A DNA stretch of 58,738 nt. It comes from Perkinsus olseni (taxonomy: Eukaryota). This document shows positions 38,801 through 49,708 of the stretch, one piece after another. Positions within the stretch are counted from its first letter, which is position 1. Every line of letters starts with the position of its first letter. The notes under the pieces were generated by a model, which was given only the letters and a program-made list of their open reading frames with translations, was not told the DNA's origin and did no database searches. The stretch lies in the NCBI GenBank assembly GCA_013115125.1, contig JABANN010000162.1, positions 1-58,738 on the forward strand, in the 5' to 3' direction. The position numbers and the translations under genes are program-made.

Positions 38801-40121
38801 GCCTCTCTCAGTGCAGCATGAAGCTAGCACGCCTCAAGACAATTAACGAATCGGCCTAATCGTCGTAGCATCGGCAGTGTAGTTCTATACTAAGGGTGAT
38901 GCAACGATTGAGACTTAATGAGTGTGCGGTGTGGGGGGTTTTCTGATCATTGACTGACGATAGGATCGCGAAAATCGGAGTAATTTACCTCCTATACGCG
39001 GGTAGCGAATTTCCTGGTAACTTTCCGCTCAGCGGCGGGCGCGGCCGCAGAGCAAGTCATCGCTTTTGCGTCAGGTACCGAGTCATCTGCAGTTCCAAGT
39101 ATTCCTCAGCAAGCTCCTGTGCGTTGGAGCTGTCGGAATCGACTCTCCACTCAGCATGGACCGGTTGTAAAGGAGATCGAAGGTGCTCCATTACTGTGCC
39201 CTCCGAATGTAAGCATTGTCACTGTTGGGAATCGAACCCGCCTTCTCTTCAATCTGGGCTCGTCCATGCCGACCGGACTCTGCCGAAGATGGATTGATGA
39301 TTAGCGATTGGTGCCACTGATAGAAGGGAACTCCTTCACAGGTCTCGCCGAAGGCTCCCGATTGAGCGTGGAAGCCCGCAAGGGTCCGATCTACGGCCTC
39401 TTCCACCCAGCCACTATGACTGGAGCGGGAGTCGCTGATAGCGGAGCAGCAGCAGAAGGCAAGGATGGCTTGGGAGTAGTAGAGGAGCTTCCCACAGGTA
39501 AGTAGCGCTCGCCCGATTGATCGATTATCCTATGATGATCAGGGAAACGATGGAGCTGGACCTCTCTCTTCCTCCTTTCGGCCTTGGCGTACATGGTTGT
39601 TCGGTGTATCTACAACATGCATGTGTATGGGGCCTCTGGGTTGGAAGCCGTACCGCATATCGACACAATGCGCCGTGCGATGTTCAATCTCCAGCACCTA
39701 AGGTAGGGAAGAGATCGAGCGAGGTCTAGCGTCCGCGTGCGGTTTGTGTCTTCGTTGGTGGCGAGGTCAGTGGGCGAACTGATGTTCTGTGCGGTCGCTA
39801 GAGGTGGTCGCTGCCGCTATAGTTTGATATAATGATCATGTATCAACAACAAGGGTATGGACACTGCATGCTCTCATGCAGTGTATTGAATGAATTTAAG
39901 GACTTGGTGTATCGCAGGAGTGTGAACTTGTTTCGGGACCACCGCTTCTTTTGTGCGTGCAAATTTTGTTTGGTATAAAGTGCGTGTTTGTGTGTTGGCA
40001 AAGGCAAACAAACGCTCGCATTTCCTTTCATGTCGTAGTTTTTCCGATTTTGTATGACGAATTTATACGCACAACAGGTTAACTGAGACCGTAGGCATCC
40101 TTTCTACGTGCAATTGTGGTG

Positions 40122-40170
<49 letters not shown>

Positions 40171-40430
40171 GCTCTCTCCATATGCTGAGGGCTCTGATTG
40201 AGTACTTGTCACAATTTGTTGTTCGCAGGTGGTCGAGGAAGTTCTGGCATTCGGACAGTAGTACTCACATGATGGAGTTGGGCACGGAGATGGACTACCA
40301 TGACATCGAGAGCAATCGTGACCATGGCACCACCAACACAGGCGGTTATCGGCGTCATGATGTTGGCCAGCAATTAACGAGCAGGCCCAATTCGACCTAC
40401 GCTCCGCTACGTTACGAAGAATCTTTGTAG
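29882..40430 (+). CDS. Large multi-exon type-I membrane, receptor-like protein
   Basis: Signal peptide exon MYVLSKTVVIAVTWLLLLMVCGGDA; many short in-phase exons (YFVPKSSDGRFYLCV, YWVPKHARVVL, QYVNCDMGYIYLTV); late TM WSWTSLFLLSALAYMVVRC followed by YNMHVYGASGLEAVPHIDT; tail ends TYAPLRYEESL*. The join across 36.9-39.0 kb is inferred. Confidence 0.6.
32526..32729. repeat. Diverged direct repeat (two ~77 nt copies, period ~126 nt) in an intron
   Basis: TATTGAAAATCTTC...ACCCAGT...AAGAGCTA...GTATCTT occurs at 32526-32602 and 32651-32729. Confidence 0.8.
37824..38473 (+). mobile_element. Ty3/Gypsy LTR retrotransposon reverse transcriptase fragment, 3'-truncated
   Basis: PVYIRPFRL, GFIEPAKSDYSSP, KKDGSNRLVIDYRALN, FSSIDLKHGFHQI, MGHCNSPSCFQR and YVYLDDVIVFS; homology stops just after YLDD. 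Confidence 0.92.
40122..40171. repeat. (TTG)n microsatellite, intronic
   Basis: About 16 perfect TTG units. Confidence 0.97.
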
Positions 40431-41378
40431 ATCATCATAATACCGTTTACCTGAAGAGCAAGAGTTCCTGTTGCTTTGTTATCGTAGTAGATGATATCTT
40501 TGCTTCTATCAAGTATGTACTTTGGTTCGAGGTTCATCAATCGCTGGGATATCGCTATAGATGGATGCGTTGATAATTCTATACCGTTTTTCGCCCGCAT
40601 CATCCAGTAGGGTGACCGCTCTTCGGTAGGTTCTTGCTTTTGCGTGTGAGTGAGTTTTCAGCCAAAAAGGCTTGCTGAGGCCCTGCCGTGCCCTCATTTT
40701 TTGGGGGCTTTACGAACAGACGTATTGCTGTTGTCGACTATGGTGAATCGCCATTGGTGATGCCCGACTTCGGACGCAACTGTCTCGAACGGCCATCGGG
40801 CCCTTCGCCGCTGCGGCTTGTTATGTATTTCAAAAAATATCGGTAGCGCTGAAAGACGACACTGATGATGCCACTTTAGTTTTGTGAATGTATGGCGCCT
40901 CTTCGACGGCCGAGTTCTTGCGGAACTTCGCACGGAAGACAGCTACGGCAATCTGGATGTTCGGCCCACCTTTAGTGTGGATCAAGGATCGTGTCGTCGA
41001 TATCGAGATTGTGAGTCCACGGCCGCTCCGACCCCCCTCAAGTACTCCTCTTTAGGTGCAAGGGCACTCGATGAGCCCGACCCTCAACCCGGGTAGTAGC
41101 TGGTTCCGTGATAGAATTATCGTACTGCGGAATCTCGTGATTGGCCCGGGCGATGTGGTGACGTTTTGGGACCCCTTCGACCCTAAAAGGTGATGCTAGG
41201 CAGGGACCTTGTCTTGAGCTATTGCCGCTGGATTGCTGCTGTCTGGATTGTTGTGACGGCGATTTTGAATTCACTCTCCCGTGATCAACGGCGGAGCTTG
41301 GAAGTTTTAATGGGCAGCATCAGGCGGAGCGATGTTTTTAAGAGTTTTTCGACTAGGGTGGTACGGTAAATTGAACTG

Positions 41379-41477
41379 NNNNNNNNNNNNNNNNNNNNNN
41401 NNNNNNNNNNNNNNNNNNNNNNNNNNNNNNNNNNNNNNNNNNNNNNNNNNNNNNNNNNNNNNNNNNNNNNNNNNNNN
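41379..41477. other. Assembly gap (N run)
   Basis: Run of n characters. Confidence 1.
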
Positions 41478-41555
41478 GTATGTATGTATGTATGTATGTA
41501 TGTATGTATGTATGTATGTATGTATGTATGTATGTATGTATGTATGTATGTATGT
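41478..41555. repeat. (TATG)n microsatellite abutting the gap
   Basis: Perfect GTAT/TATG units directly after the N run. Confidence 0.97.
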
Positions 41556-42268
41556 GTGTGTTTTAGGCATCTGGTGAAGCGAGTGGTCGCAGTCGAGCCA
41601 CGGCATCGTCGGCCGTCGAGTGTGCGTACTGTGGATGACTACGACGAATTGGGTGGTGCTGGTGGTATAGATGAAAGTACCCACAGTGTGGCCTTTGAAG
41701 ACCTCGGCGGCAGAGTGTAAGCTAGACTCGGGAATGCATGGCCAGACCGCTGGTCGTGTCAGATACGTCCTGGGCGACAATAAAGACCGGAGCGTCGACA
41801 GCAGGTACGGAAATCTCGACTGATGTTTATCCAGTTTTTTGAAGAAAATGTTCTAGGGAATACTCCCTCTAATCGCTTCCGCGTATTCAGCGTCGTCCAA
41901 GCTTCCTGAGTTGATTTGAGCCGCAGATTCGGACTTCCTACCGATCCCGATCCACTGACGCTATTCGCTCCGCCGTGAACCTGTCATCATATCGGGGAGA
42001 AGGAACCTTCGTCGCTTGGGCAATCCATATGAATGTTCCTATCAAGCGTTCCCCATCTTTAGATACTTCGGCCCTATCCCTCAGCCGCTCATCGATGGTC
42101 TGGTCGTCGGCGTCATCTGGCCGCCATGGCGAATGTCTTGGGTGCCGCGACCGCCTCCTGATGTCGATGACGAGGTTGATGATCGATGACCCGTTTCCTG
42201 CAACCCGTTCTGCTTCGCGCTGGCAGCCTGTGGCCTTTCATCATTCTCTAGCTTCATTCATTGTTACC

Positions 42269-43093
42269 ATGCCGGTCATTTGTCTCGGTCCCGTTTGCAT
42301 CCCCATCTGGCCCCTGGTGGTGCTCATTCTGAAGCCTGCATGGAATCTTCTGCCGCAGCAGGTTCGTGAGTGCATAGCGGATGCGTGGTAGGCGGCGTCC
42401 GTGTCCGGCCAGCGTGCAAAGTCTCGTGTGAGGTACACTATGTGGGAATCTCTGACCTTCATCCCGGAGAGGTTCAGACCCCGAAGGCCCGCGTCTCGGG
42501 GCGGCAAGGTGCAATGTAAAAATGGCGTGTGCACATGGACGCCCGATGATAATGGCGAGGTTAAGAAGGAGTCCTCGGCTACCACACCTTCCACGGATGC
42601 TGCTGAATGTAGGCTGCTCAACGTTTGTAAAGAGAGCTGACGGAGGTTCGTTTCAGTCACTGAGGAGGGGGAGGTAATCGAGCTTCAGGAGCCTGAAGAA
42701 TTCGACGAGCTGGTGATGTCCAACAAAATGTTCATCGTAAGCAGGCGGGCGTGCTCTCATTAAATAACACTCCTGACGTCTCAGGTTGATTACAGCGCTG
42801 AGTGGTGCCATCCGTGCCAGCTCATCGCTCCGGTTTTCGCTGAGCTCGCTGGGCAGTACAAAGGCAAGGCAAAGTTCGTTCGAGTTGACGTTGGTCAGTC
42901 TGGTTGGCTTGTCTTTGTGTATCTTCGACGACTCCGTTTTTGATTATCAGATGTATTAGACGACTTGGCCCTGGATAACGGCGTTACTTCTCTTCCGGCC
43001 TTTCACATTTACAAAGGCAATGAGAAGCTGGAGACTGTGGTCGGTGCCAACCCGGAGAAGCTCAGAGCAGTCATCGCCAAAAGATGCGAATAA
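42269..43093 (+). CDS. Thioredoxin with N-terminal hydrophobic extension, multi-exon
   Basis: MPVICLGPVCIPIWPLVVLILKP, then CKNGVC, then VDYSAEWCHPCQLIAPVFAELA, KFVRVDV, GVTSLPAFHIYK and VVGANPEKL. Confidence 0.88.
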
Positions 43094-43768
43094 GAGGTTC
43101 ACGTGTAAATCTTAAAGTTCCTGTTGTTTTTCCTCATTCGAGGATGATTCGCGTTATGGGTGAGTGATGAGTTGGGAAGCAGTCTGAAACAACCATAATG
43201 GAGCAAAAGACGCAGCACACGCGAGGATTCTCCTCGGCGCTTCGCCGTAGCGTACCAGATAGCCGATTCCCCAAAATGGACCGTGATGGCTGCTCCCGCT
43301 ATACAACATTCCCATGTACATGGTGCAGACCTCTGATGTGTTCAGCAGCGAAAGACGTGCATTACATTACATTGCTGACGTTCTATAGCTGCTGAATGTA
43401 TAATGGTGACGTTGACCTGATACCAACGGTGTCACATCTTTGCATTACTTACTTTGAGCAGGGACCGACCAAAAAATATTTCGTTTCCGAATGGCAGTCC
43501 CTTGGAGGTTCATTTCTGGGCAACTGGAGGGACGATTCCAGGACCGAAAGCTCGGTAGCTTGATGGACCCCGTCCGAGACAAGTTGTGCAAATTGTGGTA
43601 CGGTTGCGTCCTGTGTCCCGAACTTCAGCCACTGTGGCTAGAATGCTTGATGGTGATAATCCGTGCTTCGTGAGGTTGTTTAAGGTTTGTTATAACAAAA
43701 CTCGTCGGTGGTGACATTATATTTTGGCAGTTTACTTTTGAATTTTCTTTCATAAATACTTTCAAGTT

Positions 43769-44893
43769 ATGTCAAGTGATCTTATTCTCAAGCTTCGTAC
43801 CAGAACTCAGACGATGAGGGTGAGGGTTGACTCGGAGAAGTTGACTGATATGTGTCAGATCAAGGGCTATATTGAGAAGTCCTGGACCCAATTGCAGGGT
43901 AAACAATACCGTATTTATTACATTGATGAGTACGGTGAGATGTGCCTTCTCAACGACCTGTCTTTGGGTGACGCTATTGCGACGGTGCGAGAAGGTGCTC
44001 CCTCCTCGTCTAACAGTGCTCCCGTGTTGGACTTGTTCATCCAGTCTGAGGGTGAAGAGGTTCCGTTATCCTTGAGTCAGCCCCCTGAGGAGGAGATGGC
44101 TGAGCAGATGGACGTTGCCGATACTCTCGCTCGGTTCCTGGACGACATGGACTACATGGATACTCTCGATGCGGCTGACGATTTCGTCGATGGTTTGGTA
44201 GCAGCTGACTCTGACTTGAATGCCATTCTTGACTGCCTTCAAGCTCGTGACGACGCCACCTCCCGAAAGGCCGTATCTTCCTGTGCTCCTTCTAAGCAGA
44301 TCGGAGCTTCTGAGAAGAAGTCCCCCAAGGGAGTGCAGCAGTCAGCAACAAAGGCTCCCAAGGAGTCCTCTACCACCGGTGAGATCCAAGCCAGTGGGTA
44401 CGAGCAGGTCGGTGACAAGGCACCCAAGCAGTTCCACGTCGAGAGGCAGGTCTCCTCACCTAAGGAGGCATCCGACATGATGGTGGATCTCCTCACTAAG
44501 ATGGGCTTCGTCGATAACAAGAAGGCTGCCGAGGACCTTGTAGGGCGGCTCGTGAGCTCTCCTGACGACCTTCAGAGAGTCGCTGATCATATCGACGACC
44601 TGGTCGAAGGCAGGGCGCCTGCTACTACTCCTGCTCTCGATGATACTGCTAAGCAGTTCATTGACATGTTGGATGACTCCGGAATGGTTCAAGACAGGAA
44701 CGCTGCCGAGGATCTTGTCGGTGTATTGAAGGATGCTGATCAAGACGTCGACAAAGTGTTCAATAACTTCCTGGACCGCACCACTTCCAACCAACAGCAG
44801 AAGGCGATTCAGCAAAGCAAGAAGTCGAGGAGGTCTCATAGGAGTCGACACTCTTCTAAGAAGCAACAGTCAGCAGCTCAACTCTCCGCATGA
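43769..44893 (+). CDS. Intronless protein with PB1-like N-terminus and acidic helical repeats, copy A
   Basis: LKLRT...MRVRV...YRIYYIDEYGEMCLLNDLSLGDAI resembles the PB1 OPCA motif YxDxxGD/E; it has three similar D-M/L-L-x-x-M/S-G-F/M-V...AAEDLV repeats. Confidence 0.75.
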   Translation: MSSDLILKLRTRTQTMRVRVDSEKLTDMCQIKGYIEKSWTQLQGKQYRIYYIDEYGEMCLLNDLSLGDAIATVREGAPSSSNSAPVLDLFIQSEGEEVPLSLSQPPEEEMAEQMDVADTLARFLDDMDYMDTLDAADDFVDGLVAADSDLNAILDCLQARDDATSRKAVSSCAPSKQIGASEKKSPKGVQQSATKAPKESSTTGEIQASGYEQVGDKAPKQFHVERQVSSPKEASDMMVDLLTKMGFVDNKKAAEDLVGRLVSSPDDLQRVADHIDDLVEGRAPATTPALDDTAKQFIDMLDDSGMVQDRNAAEDLVGVLKDADQDVDKVFNNFLDRTTSNQQQKAIQQSKKSRRSHRSRHSSKKQQSAAQLSA

Positions 44894-46271
44894 GTAATTC
44901 TATTATTCATTTTCTTTCATATTACACCATAGATACCTATCTTGTTGCTATTACTTTGATGTATCGAGGATATAATTCTCCCACCCTATGATGATGCTTC
45001 TTGCGTTATTAACATCGATTTACTGTTACAGTCTATAACAGTAACCGTTAATTAATATCTACAACTTGCAGACGTGAAACCTCCATGGTAGAGGCCTCAC
45101 TTTTGGTGGAAACTCTGACCTCCAAGTTGTGTTTGGAATATTCCCGCAGTCATGTTTCTTGCATGAATGTTTGTGGAGTGTCTTGTGCTACCAGATAACT
45201 CGGGACGAGGATCTCTTATGATGAATGCATGGAGTAAGATCAAAGGTGAAGATCGATCCGAGTCAAAAGTTGAGGTTGGGGGCGCCCTCTACCTTCAGGA
45301 GAGAGCTAGTGGATCATACCAAATTAGTATTGCAGCTGAGGAAATGTCCGCGTCGCTGCACTAGACAAACACCAATGACGATTTTCTCAAACTCTGTAGG
45401 TTCTCGAATGGATAAACTGAGCCTAACGGGAGACAATTGAGAGCTCATTGAATTCCAGACAAGCATCATCAGTGATCATCAGCAGTGAATCATTGATTCA
45501 TCACGTTATTACTAGTAAGTCTTCCTTTACTACTAGTAATAGGACGAGACGCAGCGGAGAAGCCACTATGTATCAACCTAGCACAACACATGACCGCGTA
45601 ACGGTCATACTATCAACAGTATGACCTCGTAACGGTCATTCTTGCCGTCTCCTGAAGAACGGCCAGATGATGACATCGCCCACTAGGCAGCTACAGGGCC
45701 TCGAGAAGAGCGCGATGCCGTAGTAAACATACGGCGTTTTGCCGCTCCTTCCGCCTGGTGGCTCCAATAATCTCCTCGAATAAAGCTTTGCAACGTCTCT
45801 GTAAGCCTAGCAACGTAGAGCATCGTCCCCACAGGATAATCCTCGTTCTTTAAAAGCGAGGAGAACGAAGCATGAGAAACGAAAGAACGGATGCGAACAA
45901 GTACCCGCTTACGTGAAATATAGTCGTACTTCTTCGGAAGAAATTCTTCCTCACAAACTCTTTATATGAGAAGGTGTTGCAAACTGTTATTAGCTCCTAC
46001 TAGGAGCTCCTAGTCCTAATAGTGATCATATTGAATGTCAATATTCGAGATAGTCATGGTCCCTGAGTCATCAAATATCGCTGTGGAGACTAGCATTACT
46101 CAGCAGCCTTAGAACTGTCAAACGCAATGCAGTATTGCCTATAGGCTTCACTCGATACTGATGCCTCACAAAACTAATAATAATCGGATCATGATTATCA
46201 GACAATAATAATCCGATGCCCATAATACTAATAATAATCCGCTAATTGAGAGCTGAGTGCTCAATGACAAG

Positions 46272-47333
46272 TCAAGCGCGGTAAGGATAGTACTGCTTGA
46301 TATAAGGTTGTCCGTCGTAGTTGACATCGCGGTGGGAGAAGCTCCATCGGTCGAATGCGATGACTTGCAGTGGTAGCAGACGTTGACCATCCGCATGGAT
46401 TTTTGCGACCTCTTCAAGATCAGAAGGACGGCGCAGCGTGTAGCGATCGCCCTCATCGAACAACTCTCTGCTCAATCCCGCCGTGTGTCTCAAGATGTTG
46501 CCTCTCATCTGCTGAGACTGCTCATCACCTTGCACCACTCTCTTTTTTTCGCCGAGCAAAATTTTGCCACCCGTTTGCATGACGTCAATCTGGACCGAAT
46601 TCCATCGCGAATTGGCAATAAAACCAATGACGCTACGATTGGTCGAGCCAGGAAGCGGGAAGAGGCCGTTGAGAGAGAAATTACGGTCGTCGAAATCCTT
46701 GTTCTGTTTGTGGACCATAATAGCGTTCCCTGCTCTCGTCAGCGGTGCCAAGAATACATCAAACCCAAGGGTGCGATTCTCGCACGTGGCCTCTCTCGCT
46801 ATGTAGAGCAAGTCATCGACCACGGTCATGCTCGCCTCCTGTATATTCGTCCAAGCAAAAGTGGGAATTCTAACGGTCTCATCAGTCGTCTTTGACGACA
46901 TGTCGTACTTCCACAACACACCCTCAGAATGTAATAAATACAGCTTGCGCCTGTCCCCGTCATAATAAGCATTATAATTAAGGTGAGGGACTCTCGTCGA
47001 GTCTTTAGAAAAGATAGTCGATACGTATTCAGTAGACGACTCCCGGTCGCCAGCACCAACTTGATACAGCCGAATGCTGTCCTCAACCGTTGAGGTCAGG
47101 TACACATCTCCGCGATCCAGAAACATGAATCCCGACTGAGGGTCAATGGCTGTTGTAATCACTCTTGATATGCAATTTAAAGATATCTCTGGCCTCTTGA
47201 AATAACCCATAATATCACCCATGATACCACCCCTCGTAAGATCATGCCTCGGTTCTCCTTCATGCGAACCATCCCATAGCGATTCGATGACCCTATGACG
47301 AAGTGCCTGGACGTGATGAGGAAGTTGGAACAT
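46272..47333 (-). CDS. Intronless F-box-like / beta-propeller-like protein, paralog 1
   Basis: Long ORF beginning MFQLPHH..ALR.RVIESLWDG, shared with paralog 2; contains YYDGDRRKLYLLH. The F-box assignment is tentative. Confidence 0.6.
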   Translation of the reverse strand: MFQLPHHVQALRHRVIESLWDGSHEGEPRHDLTRGGIMGDIMGYFKRPEISLNCISRVITTAIDPQSGFMFLDRGDVYLTSTVEDSIRLYQVGAGDRESSTEYVSTIFSKDSTRVPHLNYNAYYDGDRRKLYLLHSEGVLWKYDMSSKTTDETVRIPTFAWTNIQEASMTVVDDLLYIAREATCENRTLGFDVFLAPLTRAGNAIMVHKQNKDFDDRNFSLNGLFPLPGSTNRSVIGFIANSRWNSVQIDVMQTGGKILLGEKKRVVQGDEQSQQMRGNILRHTAGLSRELFDEGDRYTLRRPSDLEEVAKIHADGQRLLPLQVIAFDRWSFSHRDVNYDGQPYIKQYYPYRA

Positions 47334-47681
47334 TGCTCGATTCTCTCGGAATGAGAGCGTGACAAACACTGCGTGCAGAGCTAAAGTGGTCCCCAGTCGA
47401 CCCTGGCAACCGGTCCGAGCGGATATGGCATTCCCAAAACATTACTTCTGGTCCAGAATGAGGCGAAGTTGCTCATCCACGCAGTGCTAGTCCGGTTAAC
47501 AGCGCTCAGGAGTTTTTAAATTATCAGACTCAACACAAGTTTCCAAGATAAAAAAATGAACTACAGTACAGAATCCCTATGATAAACCATGAAATCGCTG
47601 AGGTGATAGAACCCCTGGTGTAATAAATCACTGCTGCTGCAGCAGTGCTGCTCAGAAATGCCTTGACTCATGTTCAACTCC

Positions 47682-48743
47682 TTACGAAATAGGGGTGGTA
47701 GCACTGAGAAGGGTAGATTCCAAAAATGCGGTTACTGGATCGGGATTGCTGAAGTACCGGGTACAGCAGAAGGCGAACCGGTCGAATATTACAGGAGAAT
47801 ATGATAGTAAAGGTTCACCCCTGTTCTCAAACGTTGCCACTCTCCCAAGATCACTAGGGCGGCGGAGTACGAAGCGGTCTCCCTCTTTCAGCAACAACAG
47901 CCCCAATCCTAGCGAGTATTTCACTAAATCGCCACTTATTCGTTGAGATTTTACATCTTCGTCCTCTTGTTTTCTACACATCTTAGGGCCGCCCGAAGGA
48001 CCATCCCAAAAATTCAAGTTGTGGATCCGGAACGAATGCCATATCGAATGGGATTTGAAGATGACATTTGCACTCCGAGGCGACCCAGGGATCGCGAAGA
48101 TGCCCGCGACAGACATATCTTCAGCATAGTCGCTGCCAACTGAATGAACACGCTTCACTCCCCCCTTCATAACCGACAACGGCACGGCTAGAACGTCAAA
48201 CCCGATAATCCGGTTTAACTCCGCGGCCTCCGACACCTCGAAGAGCAAGTCATCAATAACAGCCACGAACAGTCTATTCAACCTGGGTGGAGGCCGCGGC
48301 CTAACACGAATAGGCTTTCCTGTCTTATTACTGGCCATGTCGTACTCAACTAATAGACAACCATGCTCATACACCAAATAAAGCTTGCGGGTGTCTCCGT
48401 CGTAAAAACAGGCCCAAACGTTCCCGGTGATAGCATCAGCACAGAGAGTCGATACCCAGATACAACGTCCACCAGGAGTACAAACGCGGTTCAAAGTAAT
48501 GGTTGCTCCGTCTCGGGAAACCTCGTAGATGACGCCACAGTCCATGAACGTGAAGCTATCTAATGCGGGCCGAGTGTGGGTGAGTATTTTCGGCTTAGGG
48601 CAACCCAGAGATAACTCTGACCTGCAATAACCCGTAATATCACTCATCAGATCACGCATCGGTTCTCTCCCGTGCGGACCATCCCATAGCGATTCAATGA
48701 CCCTACAACGGAGGGCCTCGAAGTGATGAGGGAGTTGGAACAT
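47682..48743 (-). CDS. Intronless F-box-like / beta-propeller-like protein, paralog 2
   Basis: MFQLPHHFEALRCRVIESLWDG, FYDGDTRKLYLVY and EGDRFVLRRPSDL all align with paralog 1. Confidence 0.6.
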   Translation of the reverse strand: MFQLPHHFEALRCRVIESLWDGPHGREPMRDLMSDITGYCRSELSLGCPKPKILTHTRPALDSFTFMDCGVIYEVSRDGATITLNRVCTPGGRCIWVSTLCADAITGNVWACFYDGDTRKLYLVYEHGCLLVEYDMASNKTGKPIRVRPRPPPRLNRLFVAVIDDLLFEVSEAAELNRIIGFDVLAVPLSVMKGGVKRVHSVGSDYAEDMSVAGIFAIPGSPRSANVIFKSHSIWHSFRIHNLNFWDGPSGGPKMCRKQEDEDVKSQRISGDLVKYSLGLGLLLLKEGDRFVLRRPSDLGRVATFENRGEPLLSYSPVIFDRFAFCCTRYFSNPDPVTAFLESTLLSATTPIS

Positions 48744-49362
48744 TGCTCGACGATCTCGAAAAACTTCAACTGCATACTGACAGTATGATACCGTTGGTAC
48801 AGTAGTAGATCTCCTGAATTTGATAAAGAAGCTGGAAAGGGCTGCGAGGAAAAGGTAGTGGTCGTTGAAGGAACGCTGATCCAATGTACCAGCTGGTGCG
48901 TTCCACACTATTCTGCTGTGGAATCCACAGCAGAATACATGCAAGGAGCCATCATGAATGTCCAGGGTAACCAAAAACCCGAACTGCTATCAAGGCCAAC
49001 CAGATTCTCGAAGATGGTTCCTTGGATTAGAGCCTCTAATTTAGAGGAAATTCCCGTTCGTGTCCGAATTGCGAATTCGGCGAATTCCAACACCTGAGGC
49101 GTTACGCCTCCTATTCAACAAGTGAGGGCGAGCGTGAATTCAACAATGCGATTCTGGTAGCATTTACGAAAGAGGGTATACTTTGAAGAACTATTCCGGA
49201 TGGTAGCGATCGGTGCTCACGTTTGCCCCGGAATTTTCGTCCCGGAAGTAACGGAAATGGTTCGTCAAATTACAAGTGTTGCAAGATTCCAAGTTTCGTC
49301 AAGTGTTGGCAAAATTGGTTTAACAAGTAAAAGTCGGTTTTCTGAGGAAAAGTTGCATGTGC

Positions 49363-49708
49363 CAATTGTGGTACGGTTGCGTCCTGTGTCCCGAACTTCA
49401 GCCACTGTGGCTAGAATGCTTGATGGTGATAATCCGTGCTTCGTGAGGTTGTTTAAGGTTTGTTATAACAAAACTCGTCGGTGGTGACATTATATTTTGG
49501 CAGTTTACTTTGAATTTTCTTTCATAAATACTTTCAAGTTATGTCAAGTGATCTTTTTCTCAAGCTTCGTACCAGAACTCAGACGATGAGGGTGAGGGTT
49601 GACTCGGAGAAGTTGACTGATATGTGTCAGATCAAGGGCTATATTGAGAAGTCCTGGAGCCAATTGCAGGGTAAACAATACCGTATTTATTACATTGATG
49701 AGTACGGT
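49363..49708 (+). pseudogene. Truncated 5' duplicate of the PB1-like gene, including its upstream region
   Basis: Near-identical to about 43591-43936; similarity ends at YIDEYG. Confidence 0.85.

Noticed and set aside
40088-40110. Spliced-leader relic (ACCGTAGGCATC)
   Set aside because: Only the first ~12 nt resemble the dinoflagellate/Perkinsus SL, with a mismatch, and the GGCTCAAG end is absent.
40116-40200. Poly-cysteine protein
   Set aside because: It is the translation of an intronic (TTG)n microsatellite; the real exon starts after the acceptor near 40228.
41307-41780. ORFs with YVCM/TYIH repeats
   Set aside because: Artefacts of the (TATG)n repeat and the N gap.
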